Below are positions 11,493 through 25,200 of a DNA stretch of 64,000 nt, one piece after another. Each line of letters opens with the position of its first letter. Position 1 is the stretch's first letter. Origin of the DNA: Octopus vulgaris (taxonomy: Eukaryota); the NCBI GenBank assembly GCA_951406725.2, contig OX597831.1:33356001-33420000 (forward strand). Direction: 5' to 3'. A program made the translations under genes and the position numbers. A model generated the notes under the pieces. The model saw only the letters and a program-made list of their open reading frames with translations. It ran no database searches and had not been told where the DNA came from.

Positions 11493-14400
11493 GTAAGTGT
11501 TGTCTGCTTTTTTATGTTAAACTTTAGTTTCACTAATAACAATGTTTAGTTATGAAAACATTGGTGTGTTGAAATAGAATTAAAACCAGACATATCATAC
11601 GTGTACTTCTATGAAATATTAATAGTAATGTCTACGACATATTTAAAACTTATAGGTGCATTTTCATAACAAAAATATTCTTTCGTAATATAAACAATAT
11701 ATTTGTTTATTTAATTAAAGATATTTTGATATTTTTGTCTGTTTAGGAATATCTAATTTGCATTAATATATTTAATTGATATTTCAAAAAGTTCTTTGAA
11801 TAAATTGTTTATGTAGTTTTATATCGAATTGATATTGGCTAACCAGTGTTTTGTTTTTGTGGGCGTTTACTGCTGATAACATTTTTTTTTTGCTTTTGCT
11901 TTCTCTCTGCCATGGTTTGCTAAAATGTATATCTTACTTTGTTTCCTGGAGTTAATTTTACTTCAGAACTTTTGAAATTTACTTGTCCTTTTCTCCAAGT
12001 TATCACTTTTCCTAACACATTGACAATATTCTGTTATGTATTGACGACGTCCCAATGAAGAAACAGCTAAACATTTTATTTAAATCTGAAATTTGTAGTG
12101 CCGTCAAACACACACACACATGTATATAATTTAACTAATAAATCATTTTTATGGAATTGTTTTTCTCTACTTGCATATATTTTTTTATCTTTTCGGTTTG
12201 AACGGCAGTTTTTTAAAATAATTTCCACGTAACTAAACACTTTTAAACTTCGTATACTGGTAGAATGTGTTTATAAAACATCTTTTTCTCTTGGCTTTAT
12301 TGAGAAAATTCTATAGTTTGTAAGATATTCGTTGTTGTTTTTCTTCAATTTCAACCAATCAATGACGTCTATTGAGATGAAAACATTCTGTGCCGTATGA
12401 ATATGTCCCTCGTTTAAGAAACAGATTGGGTTTATTTACATTTGTGAAGAAAAAAAGATACCCTTCCCCCCATCCCTAACCCTAATCCAGATTGAAATGC
12501 AATAGATCGATACTTGGTTCATAATTATGGGTGACAATTTCATATGGCACCGCTAGAAAAAACTGCCGTTCAAACCGAAAAGATCCCCAAGTTATCACTT
12601 TTCCTAACACAATGACAATATTCTGTTATGTATTGACGACGCCCCAATGAAGAAACAGCTAAACATTTTATTTAAATCTGAAATTTGTTGTGCCGTCAAA
12701 CACACACACACATATGTATATAATTTAACTTATAAATCATTTTTATGGAATTGTTTTTCTCTACGTGCATATTTTTTTTAATACAATTTACCTTTGAAAA
12801 ACCAATTAGTGTCTCGTAGTGTTTACTTATAGCTCTTTGTTCTGGGTTCAATTTCCGCCGAGATCATTTAAGGGACGACCCTTAGGAGACGACGTCATTC
12901 ACTCTCTCTTTCAGATTAGCTTCTTTATGTTTTGAGGGAAGGTTTTGTTGATAAATGACGTTGTGTATCAATACCGAAGGATTGTCAAGTAAGGTTCTGC
13001 GTAATTTAGAAAGTATAGTTGTTGCTAATGTAGTACCAGTTAAAAACGACGACATTCATATTTGACTGCAATAAATCATGCAGACAAAATTTGAAAAACG
13101 TAAAATACTGACAGCCGCTTTTCCCTTTGCTCAACGTCCATTTTTCCATGCTTGCATGGTTTAGACGGATGCTTATTATTGAGAAATTTGATTTACAACC
13201 GGATGCTCTTCCTGTCGCTAACCCTTGCCTTTTTTTTTTTTTTTTTTCAAGTAAGGGATCTGTCTTCTCACGTCTTTCATAGCGTAAAGTGACAGTTGAT
13301 TTGTTGACAGAAATGACACTAGCGAGCGGCCCCAAATGTAAACAAAACATATATAACGGGCTTCTTTCAGTTTCTGTCTACCAAATCTACTTTCAAGGCT
13401 TTGGTCAGCCTGGGATTATAGTAGAAGATACTTGCCCCTGTTTGATCTAATCTATTATCAAAAGCATTTCAGTCATAACAAATCTGTCTTTTTATTATTT
13501 TTTTCTTTTTACTCCTGGTTAAGCAGCTTCTTTTGTAACCCCACGGTTTCAAGGTTCAAGCCTATTGCATGGTACCTTGGACAACCCAGGACTGACCAGT
13601 GTGCACGCATGCAAGTCTTCCCTCTTGAAGCCACTAATCCTATCCAAATGAAAAGCATTTTTTTTAGAAGCTAATGCAACTAAACACTTGTGTTGCTGCC
13701 AGTGTTACAATCAGAAAGCAAAGAACCAGTACACGTGCACTGAAAAACATTTTGTCTTAAACCCTAATACGTCTGTCTATTCTCTGTTCAGAATTTATTG
13801 CAATTTGTGTTTGATATTCTTCCAGGTATCACCAATCTAAAGACTATGCAAAGGAAAAAGAAAAAAGACAGCTTTCTTTTGAAGCTACAAGTAACCATCC
13901 CTTAAAAGCCATAACGGTCAGTCAACCTTTTTAATTTCCTCTAAAAGAGCATAGAATTTGGTACAGTCCCTAGAGTTCTAGTGTTATTAGCAGTATGAAA
14001 TTTTGAAACTTCAATACTCCAGCAATCTGCTCCAATTATCATTGAATTTAACATTGGCTGATCAGAGCAATGTTTCAATTCCTGATTCTCTCTATTTAGT
14101 AGTTTGGAACATAGACTGTCTGTAAAGGATTTTATATATATTTTGTAAAAAAATATAAGTCTGAAAGAAGCAGCACACTCTAAGCTGTAGAACAGTATAT
14201 ATTAAAAATGGGGAAGGCTGGTCTATGGGATTATCTTAGGTTTTCTGTCGAATGGTTTAGCTTTATGGCATATTGTCAGAGCCCAAAAAACCTGTTGGCC
14301 TATAACTTCTTAAACAGGAAACCTAAGGTAATCCCATAAACCAGCCTTCCCCATTTTTAATATATATATATATATCATGTAGTTTTGGTGAAGCATTGTG

Positions 14401-17400
14401 TGGTATAACTTTAAAGAGATTTGTTGTAAAAGGCCAGAACAATGCAAAAAGATATAACCTACAAAAAGAAAAAAACATTGTTCTAGCCTTAGTTAACAAA
14501 TCTCTCTCTCTATATATATATATAACTCCCTATAGATTTCTATAGAATACGCATAGTCTGTATAGAATTCTGTGCCATGGACTTCGACAAATAAATATAT
14601 TTTTCCTGTACAGTAGTATAATAAATAATTTATTAAACTTTTGCAGTCAGTGAGAAATCATTAATAGGTAATCTGGCTCATCCACTTCAGGTGTGATGGC
14701 AAAATAGGAGCTGTGGCCAGCAATATTAGATTAAGAGAAATAGCTATGATCAAGGATTGAACCCAAGTCACAGACTCCGTCAAGAGATTATGATCTACAT
14801 ATAAGCTACTTGCAACAAATGCTTCCATGCAAAAATTATAGAGATTTTGTTGTATTTGTTTCTCTTTATAAATGCGTACTTTCTTGCAAAAGTAGGCCTC
14901 CCCTTTTTATTAACTGACATAAGTTGTTTGAATTGCACAATTGAGTAGAAAATTCATCCTCTACGGAAACTCGTCTCCCTGTTCTTCTTTATTGTGGACA
15001 AATAATGGGTTTCAAGCTGAAACAACATGCTGTCTTGTTGAAGAAAATTTAGCAAGATTGAGACTGTCCAACATCCACCGGCTACAGACCAAAGCTTATG
15101 GAGATACTGTTGGCAAGAGTAATGAGCACAAACAGATGAAGTTTAAAGAAGAGGAAACCAACACTGAAGACAAACCACACAGTAGGAGAATATTAAATGA
15201 AGTCACTGACCCAAATCGACAGATTGATTCACATGAACAGATGAATCTTGATTGATGAGTTTGTTTGCACAACTGGACTGTGGTCACAGTGCATTATAGA
15301 TGAGGATTTTGGAGCATTGGAAAGAGTGTGTGTTATGTGGATACCTTACCACTGGACACCTGATTTAACCCATATCTGCCCATAAAAAAATTAAGTCTTA
15401 AAATTTCACTGTATTCAGATTAAACGTTATGGTAAGCTTTCACAATCTGGAAGAGAAGGACAGAATGCAACTATTAGCTACAGGCGTCGACTATCTACTG
15501 AACATTTTGTATGCTCGGTCAGATGCCAAACAAGTAGGAACAGGTTAAGCATTGTGAAAATGCAACCAGGGGTTAAAAGAAAGAAGGGTGGAAGTCTGCT
15601 CTGGTCTACTGGAAAGATTTGATGCCATGATGATATTTTTGTCTTCTGATCTGGTAACAGGCAGTAAGACATAAGTATATCTTTGTCATCCAGATATTAA
15701 GGCTCAATTCATGGAATGGCATTATCTTTCTCCTTCAAGGATTAAGAAGCTCAAGAGCCAGGGATTAGCACAGAATGTCATGGTAACTGTTTTTTCAAAT
15801 GACAAGTGTTATTTCCTTTACTTTTCTGGACTGAGATGAAACAAAAATTTTTAAATGGTCCACCTTCACCAAGACAATGAGTGACCACATGCATTTTTGA
15901 AAGCAAATCACCCAATTGGCAAAGTGGGCTGGTCATTGGTTCCCCCATCAACTGTAGAACCCAGACCTGGCATCTTTCAACTTCCATCTGTTCAGTCTAA
16001 GGTAAGACAGTCTTCATGAACTATCTTCGATGCTCAAACACATCGCTTCTGATGGAGATAGTGTTGAGTGTTACCTTTTCAGACAGGAGGAGTTATTCAT
16101 TCTACCAACATGAACAAGTTGAACAACCTGTGTCACTTTTACATTACTTTTGGAGCAACTCTCATATTGAAGTGTCATGAATTATAATTTAATTTAGAAA
16201 TATTAAACTACTGTGTGGTAAGGGGGCTCCAAAAGGGGTCTCAGGGAGTAGTGTCCCTGCCTTCCTGAGCTAGTTTTCCGCCACATTTCTTAAAAATCGT
16301 GGTAGAGGCCTAGGTCTCAGGACCACTCTTATCTAGAAACTGAGGTTGGCGGGTAAGCAATGGCATGCTCCTCATAGAAAACTTACCTCCAAAAAAGCCT
16401 CATGATAGCAAAAGAGAATGGGCACCAGCCAGCCCAAAGGTTGGGATGGGCTGCATCTGCCTACTTTGGTTGCTATGACATTGAGGTAAATCTGGCCACC
16501 CCTGTTAACAGGGACAGAACCCAGATTTAAAATGCTGGATGATGATGATGATGAACTGAATTGTCAGATAAATTCATTTGGGTCCCCACCACATTTATTT
16601 TCATTCTTCCCGATGTTATTTGTAAAAATATTTTTATCATAGCATTTTATGGCATTTTTGGGTGGGTGGGGGGCTCTGTTCTTCCTTTACAATTTTTGTT
16701 TATTGTTTTTGTAATTCAAATAAATTTTACCCCTTTTCAGACATACCTATTGTTGGGTACAGAAATATTTAACTATTTTATTAAACTAATTATTAACTAA
16801 AAATATGAAGCTATTAGTATTGGTTATTTATTTTTACACTAATCTCTGTTGCAGGTCACTGAAATAAAATGTAGCGAGAAAAGAGGGACACCTTCCCGAT
16901 CAAACTCTATAGCAACAGGTCAGAAGGGCCTTTCTGAACCCCTTAGTCTTATTTTGGACCCACTTAATGCTGAGTTTGATGGCCGTGATCCTTTATCAAT
17001 GTTTGCTGCTGAAGCTGAGGCAGAAAATAAGAATCAGAAACCATCAAGTTTGAAGGTAACATTGCTTTCAAATATTTATTTTTTTTATGTATAGACTAAC
17101 AGAGATACCCGGCGTTGCTCAGAATTAAAACAGCTTAGTTTTTATATATATTACAGTTATGTTGAAACAGGTGATACGAGAAAGTGCAGCATTGACAACG
17201 AAACATGTAGAGTAAATGATGGGCTAATTTGACTAAGCGAAATGTTGTGCCTCTGTTTGGAGTATTCTAGGCCCTAACCTAATTGGGGGTGGGGGCTGTG
17301 TGATGTTTGAATGCACCATAAAGCTGTCAGGGATATAGTCTTTGCAGCAGTCGGCGCTGCGTTTAAAATGACCCATCATCTGGAGTTTTGACACCTCCTT

Positions 17401-19157
17401 TGGGCTTCTTATCTTACATCACTCATAAAGTAAATTTAGAGGAACTATGGCCGTTCATTTGTGGGTAACAGGGAACCAATGAGGTGATAGACTTGCCATT
17501 GAACTTTAAATGTTGGCGTAAATCCATGTTCAACTATCTCTTTAGATGCACCAAACAATGTCATTTGAAATGCTGAATTGTCTGATATTGTTCAGAAAAT
17601 CCTTTGACTGGATGGAAGCGCCTTTTAGAAGATCCATAAGAGTTTGAGAAGGAGCTGGTAGTACTGGCAATCTTACCTTACTGTCTGAGCAGCACATGCC
17701 ATTAGTTTCATTTGGAAATTTTAACGCTTTGCAGAAAAGACAATTTGAGTTTAGTACACCAATTCGGACAAAATTATCATTTTATAAGAATGGGATGGAT
17801 CATATCTGAAAGCAATTCCAGGAGTTGCGAAGAATGAATTTGTATGTAGTCTGTTTCTGAGAGCCATTCTATTGGATCTCTGTCTAATCATTAAAACGTT
17901 GTTTCAATGATTCAGCATTGTACTGCAGCACACCTTTGTTGATGTTGGGAAAGTCTCATCTCCTTTCTCTCTTAAGACTCCATCTGTTGTGCTGCAGCAT
18001 GCCTTTGCTGATCTTGGGAAAGTTTCATAAATATAATAGAAATAAGATGATGTTAGTGTTATCACATTAGAATTAAAAGTGAAACAATATTAGATCACAT
18101 TACAATATAGATCTTATTCTTTCACTTTTGACACGTAATACCATACCAATGCCAATGTCATATTGAGTGGGAGCGTATACAACAATGACACTGATGTTGA
18201 TAGCTGAACCTCTGAGGTGGATACGGGCTAGACGGGGGGAGATAGGGACAATGAAAAACCTGGCTGATGACGGTCAAGGCTGATCTGGAACCTAGCCTAG
18301 GCCCCCCATATCTACGGCGTTCACTGCTGGAATAAGGAGTGGTTGGAGATCACGCGGTCGTTAGCCTCAAATTGCCAGGCCTGGTCGGCGTTTGTGAGAG
18401 ATGCAGCATTGAGGATGAATGAAGCCAGCTCAACCCACCCTGGGTGAATGCTGTCAAGTAAAAAAAAAAATGTCATATTGTTTTAATGCAAATGAAAATA
18501 AAATTACATGATGACACTCACGGGGCCTGATACCTTGTAAAATTTGATTTGATTTGGTTGAGCTGTTTGAGAATGCATAGGGAAGAGACAGAGATACAAA
18601 GAATTTTGTACATATAGATAACCACACTGCCTTGGTGCATCTGTGGCTGTGTGGTAAAGCAGTCGGTTTCCTAACCCTGCAATCTCGGGTTCAGTTCCAC
18701 TGTGTGGCATTTTGGGGCAAGTGCCTTCTGCTACAGCCCTGGGATGACCTAAGCCATGCGAGTAGATTTGATAAATGGCAACTGAAAGAAGCCTGTTTTG
18801 TGTGTGTGTATTGATTTCACTTAGGCATAGTGATACTAATGTTAGAACTCAGCATGCATGTGCTTTAGAATAAACCATTAGATGAGTACAGAACATATTA
18901 TTAATTATTGAATGACAAAGGAACAGGAATTATGCAGTGAACTTCATTAGCTTACAGCTGTTTCTACTATAAGAAACAGTGCACTCAGAACTGAGTGCTT
19001 GTGGAACATCTTATAGCTTTTGGGAAAACTATAACCTCATGGTTTTGGTTCAGTCCCACTGCATGACACCTTGGACGAGTGTCTTCTACTACAGCCCCAG
19101 GTCAAATGAACCCTTGTAAGTGAATTTGGTAACTGGAAACTGAAAGAAACCCATAAT

Positions 19158-19201
<44 letters not shown>

Positions 19202-22200
19202 ACAAGTGTCTTTTTGTCTTCTTCTCTTGACAGTTGTGAATGAGTGTCATGTAAGGAGTGTCATTCATTTCCAATCCTCTATGAAAATATGTCTGGCTAT
19301 GGGGAAATATCGTGGCATTAAGAAGGGCATCCAGCTGTAGAAACCATACCAAATCAGACTGGAACCTGGGGCAGCTCCCCAGCTTGCTAGCTTTGGTCAA
19401 ACTGTCCAACTCATACCAGCATGGAGAGTGGACATTAAATGCTGGCGATGAAAGTGGATGTTAAAACAATGATGATAAAGTTGGGAGTAGGAAATGACAA
19501 CGACAATGGTGATACGATAGATACCCAGTAATGAATAGTTTTGTGCCTTTATTTCAGGAAAGAAGTATTTCAATTCGTTCTGGAACTGAAGATGATAACT
19601 TTGAGCCATGGTGTCTGAAAAAAGCTGGGATTCTTTCAAAGTACACCACATCTGAAAAGCTGTCAATCACCACCAGTTTTCTGTCAACATCTGACAAAGA
19701 AAAAGGTAAGTCATGGAATTCAAATAAAGGTAGTTAACCTTCTTCGTGACCATATTTTTAACAAAAATGCAAAGTTTTAAGGTTAATTAATCTTTAAAAT
19801 AAACAAGAATTTGGAGGGATTTAATAAAAAGCTAAATTTTTCTTTGTGGATTATTGAGCTGTTTGTTGGAAGATGAACCCCTTTTGTTATCATACTTCAG
19901 TTCAAATACAGGGTGGCCATAAAGTCAAGCACCATCCTGCAATATGTGAAATTGCTAACATTCTCTTTATCTCTTTTCCCAACTGCCAATATTACTCACA
20001 AACAATCATCATTGGATGGAGGCATTTAATCAACAAGCCAGGGGCAAGCTAATGGTGTGGTGTGGGATTTGGCACAATCAAGTAATTGGACCATTTTATT
20101 TTGAGGGTTCTGTGGCAGGTATTCGTATCTGGACGTTTGGCAACAAGATGATGTCTCATTTGGAAGGGGAAATCCTGTCTGGTTTCAAAAGTATGGGGCT
20201 TCTCCCCATTATGCATTACAGGTTCGTGATTTTCTGAACGAACATTTTCCAAGGAGATGGCTCGGGCGTTGCGGGCCAATCGAATGGGCACCACAGTCAC
20301 CAGATTTAACTTACATGTACTTTTTCTTCTGGGGCTACATTGAATTCCTTGTGTATTCTGAAAAGATTCATGACCAAAGACATCTTCTTCGAAGGACTGT
20401 TGAAGCAGGTGGACAAGTTAACGGCAATGAAAAGCTATTTGGGAGGGTTCATCGCAATTTCAAATTCCATATGAACGCTCGTTTAGAGCTACATGGCCAA
20501 CACTTTGAACTTTCATAATGGATTACCTACTTCACTACTAATAAAGCATACTTGATTTCTCCCATGATGACTTTGTGCTGAGCCACCCTGGACATTGCTT
20601 TGGTTTCAAGTAATTCTGAAAATATTGAAAATATTAAATAATTTTGTCATTAAGCTGGAATTTGGAACATAAATTATGAAATTTTGATGGAAGCTTTTAA
20701 TTTAAGTTACTTTAAAACAGGAAGTTTTTTTTATCTTAGAACATGGGGCAGTCTCTGACTGGTTGGTGTCACAAGGTTTAATGAAAAAAGTTTCTTCAGT
20801 AAAATTATGATAGAAAACTATTAAATATGAAGGCTCTTGAACAGATGGTTCAGTATGAAAGAGCAAAAAGTGGATTTGTATTAGAAAAGTTAATAGGATT
20901 AAAGATATAGGCGCAATAATGGCTTTGTGGTAAGTAGCTTGCTTACCAACCACATGGTTCTGGGTTCAGTTCCACTGCGTGGCACTTTGGGCAAGTGTCT
21001 TCTACTATAGCCTCGGGCCGACTAAAGCCTTGAGTAGATTTTGTAGGCGGAAACTGAAAGCTGCCCGTCGTATGTATGTATGTATGTATATATATATATA
21101 TATGTGTGTGTGTGTATGTTTGTATGTCTCCCCCCAACATCGCTTAACAACCGATACTGGTGTGTTTACGTCCCCGTAACTTAGTGGTTCGGCAAAAGAG
21201 ACCGATAGAATAAGTCCTGCAGGTCGATTTGCTCGACTAAAAGGCGGTGCTCCAGCATGGCCGCAGTCAAATGACTGAAACAAATAAAAGAGTAAAAGAG
21301 TATATGTCATGTATTGATATACTATGAAGGGCTTCTGGCTGAAGAAAACCTGCCTTAATAAATTCTCTCTGACATATGCAAGCATGGAAAATGGCTGTTA
21401 AAAATGATATAAGTATGTATGCATGTATGTACACACACACACACACCACCACCATCATTATCTAATGTCCTTCTTTCCATATTGGCATGGGTTGGATATG
21501 GTTTGACATGAACAGGCAAACCAGAACACTGTGCCATGCCCTAATGTCTGCTTTTGCATAGTTTCTACATCTGTGTGCTCTTTGTTGTGCCAGCCACTTT
21601 GTAGAATGTGCTGAGTGCTTTTTCTGTCACACTAGCACTGGTGGTGGTGGGGTGGTCACCGAGTGACTCAACCGAGTTGGGTATAATACTGAGGGTTAAG
21701 AAACTAAGATGGAGGGACAGGAGCAGGTGTTTTGCTGAAGAGGTGAATTGATGGTTTACCTGTCTAGAGAGAGGGGTGTGAGGTTAAGTTACAAGATGAA
21801 TATGAGAGAGAGAACAGGATATAGGAGCAGAAAGGGTGGATGGGTAGGTAGTTGTGCTCGAGTGAGAGTAGTGTGGAAGACGATTAGAGATAAGGAATCA
21901 TTTGGACACTGAGAATATCGGTTCAGTGGGCGAGAAGTGAAAGGAAGAAATAGAGTACCTTGGGAAGAAATAGGGTACCTTAGAAAGAAGTAGGGTACCT
22001 TGGAATGAGTATCAACGTTTTCACTGGCACTCTGTTGGCTATGACAATGAGGGTCCCAGTTGATTTGATCAGCAGAACAGCCTGCTCATGAATTTAATGT
22101 GCAAGTGGCTGAGCACTCCACAGACACATGTATCCTTAATGTAGTTCTGAGGGAGATTCAGCATGACACAAAACGTGACAAGCCTGGCCCCTTTGTAATT

Positions 22201-25200
22201 ACAGGTGCTACACATTTTTGCCAGCTGAGTGGACTGGAGCAATGTGATATAAAGTGTTTTGCTCAAGCACATGGTGTACTGCTGATAATCAAACTCACAA
22301 CCTTACAATCATGAACTGAAAGCCTGTAAACGTTAAGCCACATGCCTTCATTGCAGAATGGTTATTAGTTATCGAGTTATTGGGAAAGGTGAGATTGACA
22401 AGTCATCCTGAGCAGCTTTTCACCATTCATCTTGTTCCTCTGTCATCTCCAAGAAACTCAACATCTTGAGGTCCTTCTTTACCACTTCAGCCCATGTCTT
22501 CATGGGTTTCCTTCTTCCATAAGCTTCTTTTTTTTTTTCTATGTATATTTTCTGATTCTCTCCTCCAACACCCCACCTTGAGGGATCTTTGTCTTGCAAA
22601 TTACTTGGTAACCCCACTGGTGTTTTGTCTCGTGTAAAAATCACCCTGTCCATTCTCGAAAGTGGTTGGTATTAGGAAGGACATCAAGCCATAAGAAATC
22701 ATGCCAAAGCAGACCTTGCCAGTGCTGGTGCCATGTAAAAAGCAACCCCATCCACTCGGTCAAGTGGATGGCATTAGGATGGACATCCAGCCGTAAAAAG
22801 CCATGCCAAAGCAGACAGCAGAGCTTGGTACAGTCTTCTGACTTACCAGTCCTGGTCAAACTGTCCGACTCATGCCAGCATGGAAGGTGGATATTAAATG
22901 ATGATGATATTTGTCTGAGAAAATTGTAAAAGTACTCAATACACTATTCTGTTACAAATATATACAGTGAGTGTGTGTGTGTGTGATCAGTGGGTTTAAC
23001 AGAATGACAGACTTCTTTGCAGAGGTTTCATGCAATTAGCTTTAAGGCCGAGAGATGAGTGCAGTTAGCCATGATGTAGGGCAAATATTTTGCATTCACT
23101 TTCTTTTAACAATTTCTAAATTGCTTTTAAATTTATTAATAATTTTTATTCTCTGCTTTTCTTTCCAATCTTGCAGTTATTATTAAAACTCAAAGCACTG
23201 TTACAGATAAAGTAAAGAACAGACTGGAACAGTTGGACGATTTTGAAGAGGTACATTAAAGATTAAAAATGTTTTTTTTTTTAATCTCCAAATAAATTCT
23301 AGAATTACCAAACTTTACTATGAAGTGATAGGCTGAGTTTGCAAATTGTGCCATAACTTTTGTCTGGGTAACCCAATTGTATATTTTAATGGCATATATG
23401 CAGGCATGCCTGTGTGGGTAAGAAGCTTGCTTTTTAACCAAATGGTTTGGGTTTCATTCCCATGACATGGAACCTTAGAGCTGACCTAACTTTTGTCAGT
23501 GGATTTGGTAGATGGAAACTGAAAAAAAGCCCATTGTGTGTATGTGCATGAATGTATATGAGGATATGTGTGTGTCCATGAACGTATATGAAGATGTGTG
23601 TGTGTGTGTGTGTCCATGAACATATATGAGGGTGTGTGTGTGTGTCCATGAATGTATATGAGGGTGTGTGTGTGTGCATGAATGTATATGAGGATGTGTG
23701 TGCATGAATGTATATGAGGGTGTGTGTGCATGAATGTATATGAGGATGTGTGTGTGCATAAATGTATATGAGGATGTGTGTGTGTGCATGAATGTATATA
23801 AGGATGTGTGTGTGTGTGTGTGTGTGTGTGCATGAATGTATATGAGGATGTGTGTGCATGAATGTATATGAGGATGTGTGTGTGTGCATGAATGTATATG
23901 AGGATGTGTGTGTGTGCATGAATGTATATGAGGATGTGTGTGTGTGCATGAATGTATATGAGGATGTGTGTGTGTGCATGAATGTATATGAGGATGTGTG
24001 TGTGCATGAATGTATATGAGGATGTGTGTGTGTGCATGAATGTATATGAGGATGTGTGTGTGTGCATGAATGTATATGAGGGTGTGTGTGTGTGCATGAA
24101 TGTATATAAGGGTGTGTGTGTGTGCATGAATATATATGAGGATGTGTGTGTGTGTGCATGAATGTATATGAGGATATGTGTGTGTGCATGAATGTATATG
24201 AGGATATGTGTGTGTGCATGAATGTATATGAGGATGTGTGTGTGTGTACATGAATGTATATGAGGGTGTGTGTGTGTGTATGCATGAATGTATATGAGGG
24301 TTTGTATGTGTGTGTGCGTCTATGCGGGAATGTATATGTGGGTGTGTGAATATGCATGTATGTACCACCTTGTCTTGACGTTGCATGATAATTGCACATG
24401 AGTGTCACTGTCACATGTCTGGCTCTGGGGGAGATATTACCTTGCTTGGAAATAGGTGAGGGTTGGTGATAGGAAAGGCATCTGGCCATAGACAACCTGT
24501 CAGGCACTTGACTTTCAATGGCCCTATTCACCCAGTTCACACTGTGTTAAGTGGTGACACCAAGGAATTGATAAGTTATCCACCAGTTGTGCGAAAGAGT
24601 GAGCTGTCTGCAATAAACATGTCTTAAATAGGTACAGGCATGGCTGTGTAGTATGAAGCTTGCTCCCCAACCACATGGTTCTGAGTTCAGTCCCACTGCG
24701 TAGCACCCTGGGCAAGTGGCTTCTACTATACTCTCAGGCCAACCAAATCCTTGTTGTATGGATTTGGTAGATGGAAACTGAAAGAAGCCTATATATCTAT
24801 AATATGTATGTATACTCTTTTACTTGTGTCAGTCATTTGACTGCGGCCGTGCTGGAGCACCGCCTTTAGTCAAAGATATCGACCCCAGGACTTATTCTTT
24901 GTAAGTCTAGTACTTATTCTATTGGTCTATTTTGCCGAACCGCTAAGTTATGGGAGATGTAAACACACCAGCATCGGCTGTCAAGCAATGTTGGGGGACA
25001 AACACAGACACACAAATATATACACACACACACATACATACATACATACATATGTGTGTGTATATATATATATATATATATACACACACTCACATACACG
25101 GCAGGCTTCTTTCAGTTTCTGTCTACCAAATCCACTCACAAGGCTTTGGTCATCCCAAGGCTATAGTAGAAGACACTTGCCCAAGGTTCCATACAGTGGG

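Noticed and set aside
23434-24540. His/Thr-rich ORFs of 368, 296 and 213 aa
   Set aside because: All three frames are open only because of the (TG)n minisatellite.
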